Shown here in pieces: positions 27,958 through 37,375 of a stretch of DNA of 64,000 nt. Under the pieces are notes generated by a model. That model was not told the origin of the DNA. It saw only the letters and a program-made list of their open reading frames with translations, and made no database searches. Position 1 is the first letter of the stretch; each line of letters begins with the position of its first letter. The position numbers and the translations under genes are program-made. The stretch is from Akkermansia sp. (lineage in GTDB: Bacteria; Verrucomicrobiota; Verrucomicrobiia; Verrucomicrobiales; Akkermansiaceae): positions 7,973-71,972 of the forward strand of contig JAFQEY010000061.1 of the NCBI GenBank assembly GCA_017398765.1, given 5' to 3'.

Positions 27958-29517
27958 TCACGGATGCGGTATCCACTCTCCGTCTTTTTGGATATCCTCA
28001 TACATTTTCCGTGCTTTTTCACGCAAGTCAAGTGCGGCCATACGTATATATTTGTCAGCTCGCTCGGCGTTTGCCGGGAGATTAACCCCGCCTTTGGCGG
28101 CAATATAGGCCATGTAAATGTATGCCTCCGGGTAGCCCATGGCAGCGGCTTCCTGCAGGAGCGTAATCGCTTTATCTGCATCTGCCGGTACTCCCAAGCC
28201 CTTGAAATGAGCGTAGGCAAACAGGACAACCGCATAGGGATATCCTGCGTTTGCTGCACCGCGGATGAGCAGGATACCCCGTTTGGTGTCCGCTTGTGTG
28301 CCGATTCCTTTCAACAGCATATAGCCTTGTGCCGCACCGCAGGGAGCATGCCCTCTGGCAGCACCTTGCTCAAAATGGCGGTAGGCTCGCTCGGCATCCT
28401 GCCGGATTCCGTAGTTCCCGGTGTAGTAGGCGTTCCCAAGCCATAAGTTGGCGGTGGGAGACGCTACCATGGCGGCAAGCCGAACCAGGTGCCGTCCCAT
28501 TTTGTCATCCGGCACGATACCGGCTTCCTTCAGCAGGGGATTGGTGGAGTTCAGCTCGCAGAGGGCACCGCCCAGTGTCCACATCGCTTCAGCATTGTGG
28601 CGTTTAATTGCCTGCTGCAGCAGTTCGTAGCTCTGTTTGGGTTTTGCTTTGGAGCAGATGGCTGACAGCGCATAGAGGGCATCAGCACTACCTTTGATAG
28701 CCGCCTCCTGCAAGGCCGTAATCTGCTCCTTGGCGGTGGGGGTCAACAAGGCCAGATAGTACAGAACGTGGTGGTTGCCCCGCTTGGCCTCCGCCATGAC
28801 TTCCGCCGGCGGAGTTTCTTCATATTGCTTGAGTCTGCCGGTGAATTGCAACCAGCGGAATCTTGGCAGAAAGCCCCCTCTCTTGCAGGCTTCCATAAGA
28901 TTTTTTTCAGCGGCTGCTTCATCTTTGGGGGTGCCTATGCCGGCCCGCTGGCAGCTGTAGCGGTGTACTGCAGCCTGGTCAAATCCCGCCTCTGCCGCTT
29001 TGACGAGCATATTGTAGGCTTCCTTGACCTCCGGAGCCTGTTCCCGGTTGTGCTGTATACTGTGGAGCCTGGCATTGGCAACATAGGAGATGGCGGCAAT
29101 ATTGCCTTCCTGAGCAGCTTTCTCCATCCAGGGGATAAGGGCAAACTCATCATTCGTGGCGGAAAGTACAGCAGAAATTGCAGGGCAGTAGTCTTCAAGA
29201 TTGTGTTTAACCTGCTCGTCCAGCCGCTCCTTGAAAGTTTTGTAGGATTCCGGGTGAGCCTCGGGGCTCACGTCTGCCGGGCGTTCCGCATCTGCAGAGA
29301 ATTCAAGCCGGGGAGGCTGTTCGGATTGGATCGGCTCTTCCTGTTCGGTAACAGCGGGCTGTTCTGAAACCACGGCTACCGGGGCTTCCGGCTCAGCTTC
29401 CGCTTTATTGGCGGCGGGAAGAAAGGCGCGTATACCGGAAATAGTGCGGTCGGTCTGAGCTGCCGCACAGACCGGAAAAGCGAGAAAAGGTATCAGGAAT
29501 CGGGGGGAGACGTTCAT
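27958..29517 (-). CDS. Sel1-like repeat protein, secreted
   Basis: Signal peptide; repeated A...LG..Y..G.G...D...A......AA..G units. Confidence 0.88.
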   Translation of the reverse strand: MNVSPRFLIPFLAFPVCAAAQTDRTISGIRAFLPAANKAEAEPEAPVAVVSEQPAVTEQEEPIQSEQPPRLEFSADAERPADVSPEAHPESYKTFKERLDEQVKHNLEDYCPAISAVLSATNDEFALIPWMEKAAQEGNIAAISYVANARLHSIQHNREQAPEVKEAYNMLVKAAEAGFDQAAVHRYSCQRAGIGTPKDEAAAEKNLMEACKRGGFLPRFRWLQFTGRLKQYEETPPAEVMAEAKRGNHHVLYYLALLTPTAKEQITALQEAAIKGSADALYALSAICSKAKPKQSYELLQQAIKRHNAEAMWTLGGALCELNSTNPLLKEAGIVPDDKMGRHLVRLAAMVASPTANLWLGNAYYTGNYGIRQDAERAYRHFEQGAARGHAPCGAAQGYMLLKGIGTQADTKRGILLIRGAANAGYPYAVVLFAYAHFKGLGVPADADKAITLLQEAAAMGYPEAYIYMAYIAAKGGVNLPANAERADKYIRMAALDLREKARKMYEDIQKDGEWIPHP

Positions 29518-29659
29518 AGCCGGAATACGGTATATTTTAGCGAATAGGTGTTATTGCGCAAGCTCATTTCGTGTCTTTCTTTTCATGTGAGAAAGAGTTA
29601 ATGTTGTTGCGTGCTCTTTGAGCAGAAAATATTTCATGACATGAACAGGCGGAGCGAAA

Positions 29660-30112
29660 TCAGATGGAATGTTGCTTTATCAGCTCTTCCGCCAGTTTTG
29701 CACAAAATGCCACACAGTGCTCACAGGGGCGTGCCGAGTAGTAGGCCGCAGTGCGGGCAGAAGGGCGGGCAGATTCCGTTTCTCCCTCATTCAGATGCAG
29801 GAGTTCACGGCAGAGCAGGGTGCCGAACTCCTGCTTAAAAGAGTCTGCCAGTTCGCGGGTGAGAGAGAATATTTTCTCCTTGTCTGCCGGATCCCCGGTC
29901 AGATTACCACGGCAAAACCCGGCAACCATGCAGAGCCCGGAGAATGCACCGCAGGTGCCGCGCATGCGACCGAGCCCGGCACCGAATGCGGAGGGTAAGC
30001 GCAGGGCTGTCTCCTCACTCAGTCCGAGTTGTGCGGCAAACGGCGCAAATACGGATTGAGCGCAGTTGTATCCACGGTGAAAATATGCCAGTGCCTCTTC
30101 TTGTGCTGCCAT
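29660..30112 (-). CDS. C-GCAxxG-C-C family putative redox protein
   Basis: GYNCAQSV, FGAGLG, TCGAFSG, FGTLLCRELL, PCEHCV. Confidence 0.9.
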   Translation of the reverse strand: MAAQEEALAYFHRGYNCAQSVFAPFAAQLGLSEETALRLPSAFGAGLGRMRGTCGAFSGLCMVAGFCRGNLTGDPADKEKIFSLTRELADSFKQEFGTLLCRELLHLNEGETESARPSARTAAYYSARPCEHCVAFCAKLAEELIKQHSI

Positions 30113-30119
30113 GCGGTTT

Positions 30120-30148
30120 ATGATACGCCCATGAGCCGTATTCGTCAA
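30120..30148 (-). promoter_or_regulatory. Promoter (leaderless spacing)
   Basis: TTGACG-17 nt-TATCAT, 7 nt before ATG 30112. Confidence 0.7.
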
Positions 30149-30238
30149 ATCATAATTGAGCATGATTGCGCCGTTAGCGGTAAATCTGTTGATTTTTAGC
30201 TTGATTTAGTGTGGAGAATAGGGTTGAATAGTTCACGT

Positions 30239-30376
30239 ATGAAGAAGATAGCTTATCTGATTGCCGGGGCTGTGGTTTCGGCTCTTCTGGTTTCCTGCGG
30301 GGAATGTGCGTGCAATTCTTACAATTCTGATTATTTGCGGGATGTCCCGGTGTCCTCAAGCCGTAGTTTTTATTAA
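30239..30376 (+). CDS. Small (45 aa) predicted lipoprotein, below the ORF-track cutoff
   Basis: Hand translation: MKKIAYLIAGAVVSALLVSCGECACNSYNSDYLRDVPVSSSRSFY*. Basic N-region, hydrophobic core, lipobox LVS|C at Cys20; ends 17 nt before hflX. Confidence 0.75.
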   Translation: MKKIAYLIAGAVVSALLVSCGECACNSYNSDYLRDVPVSSSRSFY

Positions 30377-30393
30377 GAATCTGAGATTGATCT

Positions 30394-31704
30394 ATGTCGT
30401 TTGAGATACGCGAAAAGCCGGATATGGTGGAGCGGGCTTTGCTGGTGGGACTTGTCCTGCCGGGTGAGTCTCGCCGGGAGCGTGAGACCTTGCTGGCTGA
30501 GCTGGTGGATTTGGTGAGCAATCTGGGAATCGGTATCGTGGAGAGCCGGTTGGAGTTCACGCGGGAAATGCAGGCTAAGTATCTCTGCGGCATAGGTAAG
30601 GCGGAAGAAATACACGCCCGCGTAAAGGAGCTTGATGCTGATTGTGTGGTTTTTGATAACCTGCTTTCACCCTCCCAACAGCGTGAGTGGGAAAAGCTGC
30701 TGGACGTGACGGTTATCGACCGTGAAGAAATCATTCTGGATATTTTTGCCGCCCGTGCCCGCACGCGCGAAGCTGTCATGCAGGTGGATTTGGCGCGCAT
30801 GCAGTACGCTCTGCCCCGCATGTCCGGCATGTGGAAACACTTAGACCGCCAGAGAGGTGGTTCCGGTGGCGGAAAAGGAGGTGGTGCTGCCGCTCGCGGT
30901 GAAGGTGAGAAACAGATTGAGGTGGACCGCCGCCTGGCTCACGAGCGAATTGAAAATATCCGCGCAGAGTTGGAAGTGGTGCGCAGACAGCGAGGCACCC
31001 AGCGTAAGGAACGCTTGCGACAGGGAATCCCCTGTGCCGCGATTGTGGGGTATACCAATGCAGGAAAATCCTCTCTGCTTAATTTGGTGACCGGGGCCGG
31101 AGTGTTAGCCAAAGATATCCTTTTTGCCACCTTGGAGACTACCAGTCGAAAAATTGAGTTGCCGGACGGGCAACCGCTTGTGATGACGGACACGGTCGGC
31201 TTTATCCGCAACCTGCCTCACCGCCTGGTAGAGGCCTTTAAATCCACCCTGGAAGAGGCGGTGCTGGCGGATTTCCTCATCCAGGTGGTGGACGCGAGCG
31301 ACCCGGATGCGTTGCGGCACTATGAGACCACTTGTGAGGTGTTGGCTAGTCTCGGTGCAGAAGATAAACCCATGGTGGTTGTGTGGAATAAGTGTGACCT
31401 CATCCCGGCAGATATGCGGGAGGTGACGGTGGCGGCTCTGGCATCCAAGGTTGATTGCCCGAGCTTATCCATGAGTGTACTTCAGGAGAAAGGGGTGGAT
31501 GAGCTGATGCGCTCCTGTGTAGAGATGCTTTCCCACCGGGTATGCCGTGCCCGGTATCGCATTCCTTTGGCAGAAAGCCGCACCATTGCTCTCATGCACC
31601 GGGATGGTAAGATTCTGTCCACGGAATATGAGGGGAATGATGCTCTTGTAGAGGCCATTTTACCCCGAGAATTTGCAGCTCGCTTAAAAAATTACCAAAT
31701 ATGA
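30394..31704 (+). CDS. hflX: Ribosome-splitting GTPase HflX
   Basis: ILDIFAARARTREA, GEGEKQIEVDRR, GYTNAGKSSL, LFATLE, DTVGFI, AFKSTLEE, NKCD. Confidence 0.97.
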   Translation: MSFEIREKPDMVERALLVGLVLPGESRRERETLLAELVDLVSNLGIGIVESRLEFTREMQAKYLCGIGKAEEIHARVKELDADCVVFDNLLSPSQQREWEKLLDVTVIDREEIILDIFAARARTREAVMQVDLARMQYALPRMSGMWKHLDRQRGGSGGGKGGGAAARGEGEKQIEVDRRLAHERIENIRAELEVVRRQRGTQRKERLRQGIPCAAIVGYTNAGKSSLLNLVTGAGVLAKDILFATLETTSRKIELPDGQPLVMTDTVGFIRNLPHRLVEAFKSTLEEAVLADFLIQVVDASDPDALRHYETTCEVLASLGAEDKPMVVVWNKCDLIPADMREVTVAALASKVDCPSLSMSVLQEKGVDELMRSCVEMLSHRVCRARYRIPLAESRTIALMHRDGKILSTEYEGNDALVEAILPREFAARLKNYQI

Positions 31705-32339
31705 AAAAATTTTTATTTTTCGCTGCCGTGGCGGCATTTACTGCGTGTCAGCAGCAGAATACAGCCGAATGGTATCGAGCTGAAGGTGACAGATTGGAGA
31801 CCGCCGCCCGCAATACCATAGTAGCCAAGGGATTTGATGCTTTTGTACGAAGCCCCGGGTACCGTAATTCGCGTGATATCTGGCGCGGACCTGCCGTGAA
31901 TTTGTATAATCCGTCCCGGTCATGGGTGGAAGTTCTGCTTGCAGAGCAGCGAGGGCGGCTTTACATAGAGGGGCGCGTCGCCATGGATTTTCCGCTTTGT
32001 TCCGGGAAGCCCGGCGGCATGGAAACCCCGAAAGGAACATTCCGCATCTCTCAGAAAGTCCGGAGTGACTACCGCTCCAACCTGTACGGCTCCTTTGTGG
32101 ATGCCGCAACGGGACGGATAGTGCGCAGCGGTGCAACCGCGTCGGACTCTGCTCCCGCCGGAACTGTTTTCAGGGGGGCGTCCATGCCGTATTGGATGCG
32201 TTTTAACGGGGCTATCGGTATGCACGTAGGCAATGTGTACCGTAATGAGGATTCTCATGGTTGCGTGCGTGTGCCGGTGGAAGCGTGCAGTATTTTGTTT
32301 GAAAAATTGGCGGTTGGCTCCAAGGTAATCGTGAAGTGA
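31701..32339 (+). CDS. L,D-transpeptidase (YkuD family) lipoprotein
   Basis: Lipobox FTA|C; TPKGTFRI, MPYWMRF, IGMH, SHGCVRV. Confidence 0.92.
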   Translation: MKKFLFFAAVAAFTACQQQNTAEWYRAEGDRLETAARNTIVAKGFDAFVRSPGYRNSRDIWRGPAVNLYNPSRSWVEVLLAEQRGRLYIEGRVAMDFPLCSGKPGGMETPKGTFRISQKVRSDYRSNLYGSFVDAATGRIVRSGATASDSAPAGTVFRGASMPYWMRFNGAIGMHVGNVYRNEDSHGCVRVPVEACSILFEKLAVGSKVIVK

Positions 32340-32343
32340 TATC

Positions 32344-33909
32344 ATGATTTCTCGTCTCTATTCAGCATCTGTTACAGGGATAAAGGGCTATGAGGTTCAG
32401 GTGGAGGTGGATGCCCGCCCAGTGGATGACGTTGGACGAATGACCATAGTGGGGTTGCCGGATGCAGCCGTGAGAGAGAGCATACAACGGGTTACCGCCG
32501 CTCTTTCCAACAGTAATTTCTTTCAGCCGGGGCAGCTCTTAGTCACCGTGAATCTGGCCCCGGCAGATGTTCGCAAACAGGGACCGGGCTTTGATTTACC
32601 CATTGCTCTGGGGCTGGAGATGGTGATTCAGCAGAACTGTGACAACATGCCTGAACTCTTCCGCCGCCGCGTGCCGGCAGGATTGGACGACTGGTGTATT
32701 CTCGGTGAGTTGGCACTGGATGGTAAGGTGCGTGGTATTCGCGGTGTGTTGCCGCTGGCAGTAGCTGCACGTAATGCCGGGCGCAGGTATCTGATGGTTT
32801 CACAGGAAAATGCAACGGAGGCCTCTGTGGTGGATGGCCTGCAGGTGTATGCCGTAGAAACACTGAGGGATGCCTGGGACGTGCTGCTGGAACGGGAGCG
32901 CTTTTCTCCGGTTCCCGCTCATTCCGGGGAGTTCCGAAGTATAGGCGAAAAGGATTTTGACGAAGTGAAGGGGCAGCCATACGCCCGACGTGCTATGGAG
33001 ATTGCCGCCGCCGGCGGGCACAATCTGCTGATGTGCGGCAGCCCCGGCAGCGGGAAAAGTATGCTCGCTGCACGCCTGCCTACTATTCTCCCGCCTTTGA
33101 CTCATGATGAGGCTTTGGAAGCCAGTGCGATTCATTCTGTCTGCGGATTGCTGCCCAGGGAGGGCGGCTTGTTGCGTTGTCGCCCGTTTCGCGCCCCTCA
33201 TCACACTATATCAGATGTAGGGCTGATGGGGGGTGGCTCTACAATCACTCCCGGTGAAATTTCTCTGGCTCACCACGGTGTCTTGTTTTTGGATGAGTTG
33301 CCGGAGTTTAACCGCCGTACGCTCGAAACCCTCCGCCAACCACTGGAGAGTGGAGTAATCACCATTTCACGAGCCTCCGGGACCATGGATTTTCCCTGTT
33401 CGTTTATGCTGGTGGCGGCCATGAACCCGTGCCCCTGCGGCTATCTGGGAGACCCGCGGCACAGCTGCCGGTGCCGGCCAGCGGAGGTCGTGAGATACCG
33501 CCAGAAAATTTCCGGTCCGCTGTTGGACAGGTTTGATATTCTGATAGAGGTACCGCCCGTAAATCCGGCTAGTTTGCTGAGCAAGCCAGACGGGGAGAGT
33601 AGTGCCGCTATTTTGAAAAGAGTACTGGTGGCTCGTGAGCGCCAGAAACTGCGCTATGCCGGAACCGGGATTACCTGCAATGCGCGTCTCAGCAGTAAGC
33701 TTGTAAGGACGTTTTGTCCCTTAACTGGTTCTCAGCAGAATATGCTGCTGGCAGCCGTGAGCCAACTGGGGCTTTCTGCTCGTGCGTTTGATCGCATTCT
33801 GCGTGTGGCTCGCACGGTGGCCGACTTGGCCGGGCATGAGCAGTTGGCGGATTCTGATTTGTATGATGCTATTCAGTTCCGCCAATTTGAACAGCAGCTC
33901 CATTCCTGA
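32344..33909 (+). CDS. comM: YifB/ComM Mg-chelatase-like AAA+ ATPase
   Basis: IVGLPDAAVRES, NLAPAD, GELALDG, GSPGSGKS, PFRAPHHT, LFLDELPEF, AAMNPCPCG, SGPLLDR. Confidence 0.92.
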   Translation: MISRLYSASVTGIKGYEVQVEVDARPVDDVGRMTIVGLPDAAVRESIQRVTAALSNSNFFQPGQLLVTVNLAPADVRKQGPGFDLPIALGLEMVIQQNCDNMPELFRRRVPAGLDDWCILGELALDGKVRGIRGVLPLAVAARNAGRRYLMVSQENATEASVVDGLQVYAVETLRDAWDVLLERERFSPVPAHSGEFRSIGEKDFDEVKGQPYARRAMEIAAAGGHNLLMCGSPGSGKSMLAARLPTILPPLTHDEALEASAIHSVCGLLPREGGLLRCRPFRAPHHTISDVGLMGGGSTITPGEISLAHHGVLFLDELPEFNRRTLETLRQPLESGVITISRASGTMDFPCSFMLVAAMNPCPCGYLGDPRHSCRCRPAEVVRYRQKISGPLLDRFDILIEVPPVNPASLLSKPDGESSAAILKRVLVARERQKLRYAGTGITCNARLSSKLVRTFCPLTGSQQNMLLAAVSQLGLSARAFDRILRVARTVADLAGHEQLADSDLYDAIQFRQFEQQLHS

Positions 33910-33964
33910 ACCCACTCTATCCATTTTTGTGCTGCGGATTATTCCGGAGTGTCAGAATGGTACT

Positions 33965-34306
33965 ATGCCTGAGTTTTCACATGCATTCAGTGGGCTTGCT
34001 GCCAAAAGCAAGCTTTCACACAGTGAGTTGGTGCGGTCTGTCCGCTTTATGATAGCCGCAGAGTATGAAGCAATCCAGCTGTATGAACAGTTGGCGGAAT
34101 CAACTGATAACGAAGCCGCCCGCAAGGTGCTGCTTGATATTGCCCGTGAGGAAATGGAACACGTGGGCGAATTTCGACGCCTTCTCAGTGTGCTTGCTCC
34201 GCAGGATGAGCCATTTTACTTGCACGGGGTCAAAGAAACGGAAGAGACGTTGGCAGAAATTGGTGTCCCCGTACCGTTATGCTCTTCTTCCGGTTGCATG
34301 AAGTAA
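33965..34306 (+). CDS. Small ferritin-like/rubrerythrin-family protein
   Basis: AEYEAIQLY and DIAREEMEHVGEF di-iron ligand pattern. True start inferred at MPEFSHAF. Confidence 0.85.
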   Translation: MPEFSHAFSGLAAKSKLSHSELVRSVRFMIAAEYEAIQLYEQLAESTDNEAARKVLLDIAREEMEHVGEFRRLLSVLAPQDEPFYLHGVKETEETLAEIGVPVPLCSSSGCMK

Positions 34307-34353
34307 TGGCGGTTAAACGTTGTATCCCCGAGGATTCCTGAGAGAATTCGGCG

Positions 34354-34402
34354 CGGGTGACAGAGCGGCAGACGGTAGTTTATACCGTCTCTCTGTCACC
34401 CG
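34354..34402. terminator. Long imperfect hairpin between convergent genes
   Basis: CGGGTGACAGAG...AGACGGTA/TACCGTCT...CTCTGTCACCCG. Confidence 0.6.
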
Positions 34403-34461
34403 TGTGGGTTTTCGGCTTGTTCGCAAAGAAATTCTCCTGCAAGGCTGCGATGGGAATAATA

Positions 34462-36678
34462 TCAGGGAAAAAGCAGTTTTTCCGCCAGTTGTATGATACT
34501 TCCTTTGGGCTTGAAAAGAAGCGGTATGTCTGAATCAGCAAAGCTGGTTTCAATGGCATCTACGGCGGCACTGAGTTCGTGGCTGGCGGAGACGTTTTCA
34601 CCGTTGTTGCTGTTACTTTCCACAGCAGAACGACCACTTTCCCCGGCTATAGCGCGTCCGCTCAGTTCCTGTGTTCTGGCATTGAAATAGGCTTGCCAGC
34701 GGGGCAGGTAGTAGTGCTGCATCAGCTCGGAGAGCTGGCGGTGGGCATAATCATTGAGCGTGGTGCCGGATTTGGGAACCCATGTGGTGAAAAGCTGCTT
34801 GAGGGCGCGGCTCATCTGCGCCTGCGCTATCTTGTTGTTGCCTGCTTTGCTTTCCGCTTCTTTCAGGTAGCGCCCAAGCAGAAAGTATTCAGAGCTTGCT
34901 AACACCTCTGCTGTCTGCTCAATCAGTTGCAGGTAGGCCTTGCTTTCTCGGGCAAAGGCTTCTTTATCTCCGGCATCAAATGCTGCCTTGCATTTGGGAA
35001 GTTGTTCCCGAGCCTTATCCGCCAACACCTGGCGGCAGAGGTCTGCCATGTCATAACACCATGTCGGCAGGGATTCCAGACCGTGTTTTTTCCCTGCGCT
35101 GAGCATTAACTCCGCTGCTTCTCGGACTTGTGCAAAATCGTAGTAATTGTTCGGTTTGGACCAGGTGGAAGCCTTGCGTGCAGTCAGACTCGGGCGTGCG
35201 CACATAATGTTTTCCTGACAGCCCTCCTGAAGCCGCACGGGTGAATACACGCTGTCAATCAGTAGCTCCAGAGCCCGGATGATATCTGCGTCATCCGTTC
35301 CATAGCGTCCTTTGGTATAGCGTGTCAGGAACGCTTTGCGGTCGATGGGGCCTGAAGTGTTAATGCGCTCTGTTACCATGGCGTAGTACAAGGGATTAAC
35401 CTCCAGACCTTCTGAGAGTAAGCCAATGCCGATGGCGCCGCCGATGTTGTCCTCCATATTTTCCAGTAGCGGGATGCCACCGTACAGCCCGTGATTGCCG
35501 CCGAAATTCGCCAGTTCGCACCACACGTGGGGACGCCCCCGGTAATTCCGTGAAATGTCATGACCGGCACTCATGTTCTTATCCAGTGCCAGAATGATGG
35601 TGTGCTGCGGGTCTGTGCCGCTGAGCAGTTGGGGAGACGGATTGTGCCCCCATGCCTGGATAAGCCATTTTGAACCGGGGGAGGCTTGCTGCATGGCGGC
35701 CTGCACTGCCTGGGCCGCTTCTTTCAGCGGGGTACCGCCCTGATTGCCACCCTCGTGGAAGAGGTCGCCGCCAAAGTATTTTGCCTGATAACCGTACACC
35801 TTGCGCAGGTTTTTGTACCAGAGTGCCGCTGTTTTGCCGAAAATCGGATCTGTGGGTTGCAGTACGGCGGGGCGAACATACTGGTGACACCATTTGCCTT
35901 GGGGTATCAGCTTGCCCCCAATCTTGGATGCCTCGCTGCACGCGGGCAGAAAGCCGACATAGCCCTGTAACACCGGTTCCATGTCCAGCTCGCGCAGTCG
36001 TTTGACAATGAATTGCCCCAGTTTTGTCTCCTCTGCAATGATATCACGGTGAACGGGACCGCCCTCACCCTCAAGATTACCCATGTGCCACCATGCACTG
36101 TATGCAGGGTTTGCAATGAATGCTTCTATTTGTTTGCCTGTGTAGCCTAAATCTGTCAAAAATCCTTTCCAGACGCTCTCCAGCCCCGCTGTAACCAATA
36201 CTCCGTTGTAACCGCTCATTGCCAGCAGGTCAAGCTCACGCTCCCAGCGCTTTCGGTCCCAATGCGCCGCCGTGTAGCTGAGTGTGCAGTAGTTGTAGGC
36301 GTAGTTGAAAGAGTGTGTGGCCGGCACGTTGATTCTTTGTTCCGGCAGTATCAATTTCCCCCCGGTGGCGTTATCTCCGTTTTGGGAGAGGTGAATGTGT
36401 GCTATGTTTCGCAGGTAGTATCCGTATGCTCTCACACTCTCTCGTATATTTGCTGCCGTAATCCGTACTTTCCCGTCTTTCTCTTCAATGGTGGGTGCTT
36501 TTGCTTTGGTATCAAGCATAAAGACGATATCATCCGCCAATTGCGGGGTGATGCGTCTGACCACGGCCGTTGCGGCGGGTACACTATTCTTTGTATTAAC
36601 CGGTGCCGCAGAGCAGGGGGCTGCCAATATGATGGCCGGGATAATTGACGCGGAAAGTAGAGTGCTGTAACTGTTCAT
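34462..36678 (-). CDS. GH89 alpha-N-acetylglucosaminidase, secreted
   Basis: YAYNYCTLSY, WERELD, AWWHMGNLEG, DLFHEGG, NFGGN, EGLEVNP, LNDYAHRQ. Confidence 0.95.
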   Translation of the reverse strand: MNSYSTLLSASIIPAIILAAPCSAAPVNTKNSVPAATAVVRRITPQLADDIVFMLDTKAKAPTIEEKDGKVRITAANIRESVRAYGYYLRNIAHIHLSQNGDNATGGKLILPEQRINVPATHSFNYAYNYCTLSYTAAHWDRKRWERELDLLAMSGYNGVLVTAGLESVWKGFLTDLGYTGKQIEAFIANPAYSAWWHMGNLEGEGGPVHRDIIAEETKLGQFIVKRLRELDMEPVLQGYVGFLPACSEASKIGGKLIPQGKWCHQYVRPAVLQPTDPIFGKTAALWYKNLRKVYGYQAKYFGGDLFHEGGNQGGTPLKEAAQAVQAAMQQASPGSKWLIQAWGHNPSPQLLSGTDPQHTIILALDKNMSAGHDISRNYRGRPHVWCELANFGGNHGLYGGIPLLENMEDNIGGAIGIGLLSEGLEVNPLYYAMVTERINTSGPIDRKAFLTRYTKGRYGTDDADIIRALELLIDSVYSPVRLQEGCQENIMCARPSLTARKASTWSKPNNYYDFAQVREAAELMLSAGKKHGLESLPTWCYDMADLCRQVLADKAREQLPKCKAAFDAGDKEAFARESKAYLQLIEQTAEVLASSEYFLLGRYLKEAESKAGNNKIAQAQMSRALKQLFTTWVPKSGTTLNDYAHRQLSELMQHYYLPRWQAYFNARTQELSGRAIAGESGRSAVESNSNNGENVSASHELSAAVDAIETSFADSDIPLLFKPKGSIIQLAEKLLFP

Positions 36679-36699
36679 GTGCCTCAGGGGGATAAATGA

Positions 36700-36725
36700 T
36701 TCAACCGACCATAAGGTCGGTTGAA
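36700..36725 (-). terminator. Hairpin after the pilus/T2SS-like operon
   Basis: TTCAACCGACC-ataa-GGTCGGTTGAA. Confidence 0.7.
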
Positions 36726-36735
36726 AGTTAAGTTT

Positions 36736-37368
36736 TTATTTCCAGGATTTTACGTTGGAGATGTTATCCTCATTGTCACCGTCATTGGTTCGCCCGTTGC
36801 CTTTGCCGTCCGGGCCGGTGGAGAAGATATCGAAGTCCGGATTGATTCCGTTGCCGGACTTGCCACCCTCTGTCTGACCTTCGTAACCGAGTCGGTAGCG
36901 GTAGGTGTTGCCCCACGGATCCAGGATGACATAAACCTTGCCGCGTGCACTTTTGGCACCGCCGGAACCTTTGATACGAACCTTGACCACGGGTATGCCT
37001 TCCTGCTGTTCCGTGTTCTTGGAGGAAACCACGTAGAACGATTCGCAATAGGGCATCTGAATCTCCCCGTTGTCATCATCCGGTTCACCGTCATTATCCT
37101 CATCCCGGCTGAGCGTCTCATACAGGACATTGGAGCTCACCTCATCACCGCGTCCGTCCGGCAGGTATCCTGCGTTGTCGGCACGGTAGGAGTTCAGTGA
37201 TGCTTCCAGCAGCTGAACTTGTGATTCTGCCGTCTTCTGCATGGAGCGTGATTGCACGTATGCCGTAGCCTGCCACATGCCGGCTGCCAGAATTGCCAGA
37301 ATGGCAACCACTATGAGAATCTCAATAAGGGTAAATCCCTTGAGCTGATTATTGGTGCGAAGTTTCAT
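36736..37368 (-). CDS. Type IV pilin / GspG-like pseudopilin
   Basis: Prepilin site KG|FTLIEILIVVAILAIL; DPWGNTYRY; FDIFSTGPDG...DNISN. Confidence 0.92.
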   Translation of the reverse strand: MKLRTNNQLKGFTLIEILIVVAILAILAAGMWQATAYVQSRSMQKTAESQVQLLEASLNSYRADNAGYLPDGRGDEVSSNVLYETLSRDEDNDGEPDDDNGEIQMPYCESFYVVSSKNTEQQEGIPVVKVRIKGSGGAKSARGKVYVILDPWGNTYRYRLGYEGQTEGGKSGNGINPDFDIFSTGPDGKGNGRTNDGDNEDNISNVKSWK

Positions 37369-37375
37369 GGCGGTT

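Noticed and set aside
30850..30910. Gly-rich stretch in HflX (GGSGGGKGGG)
   Set aside because: Corresponds to the normal glycine-rich loop before GxGE in HflX.
33782..33964. N-terminal extension of the ferritin-like ORF
   Set aside because: Overlaps comM; the -10 element position and family length favour ATG 33965.
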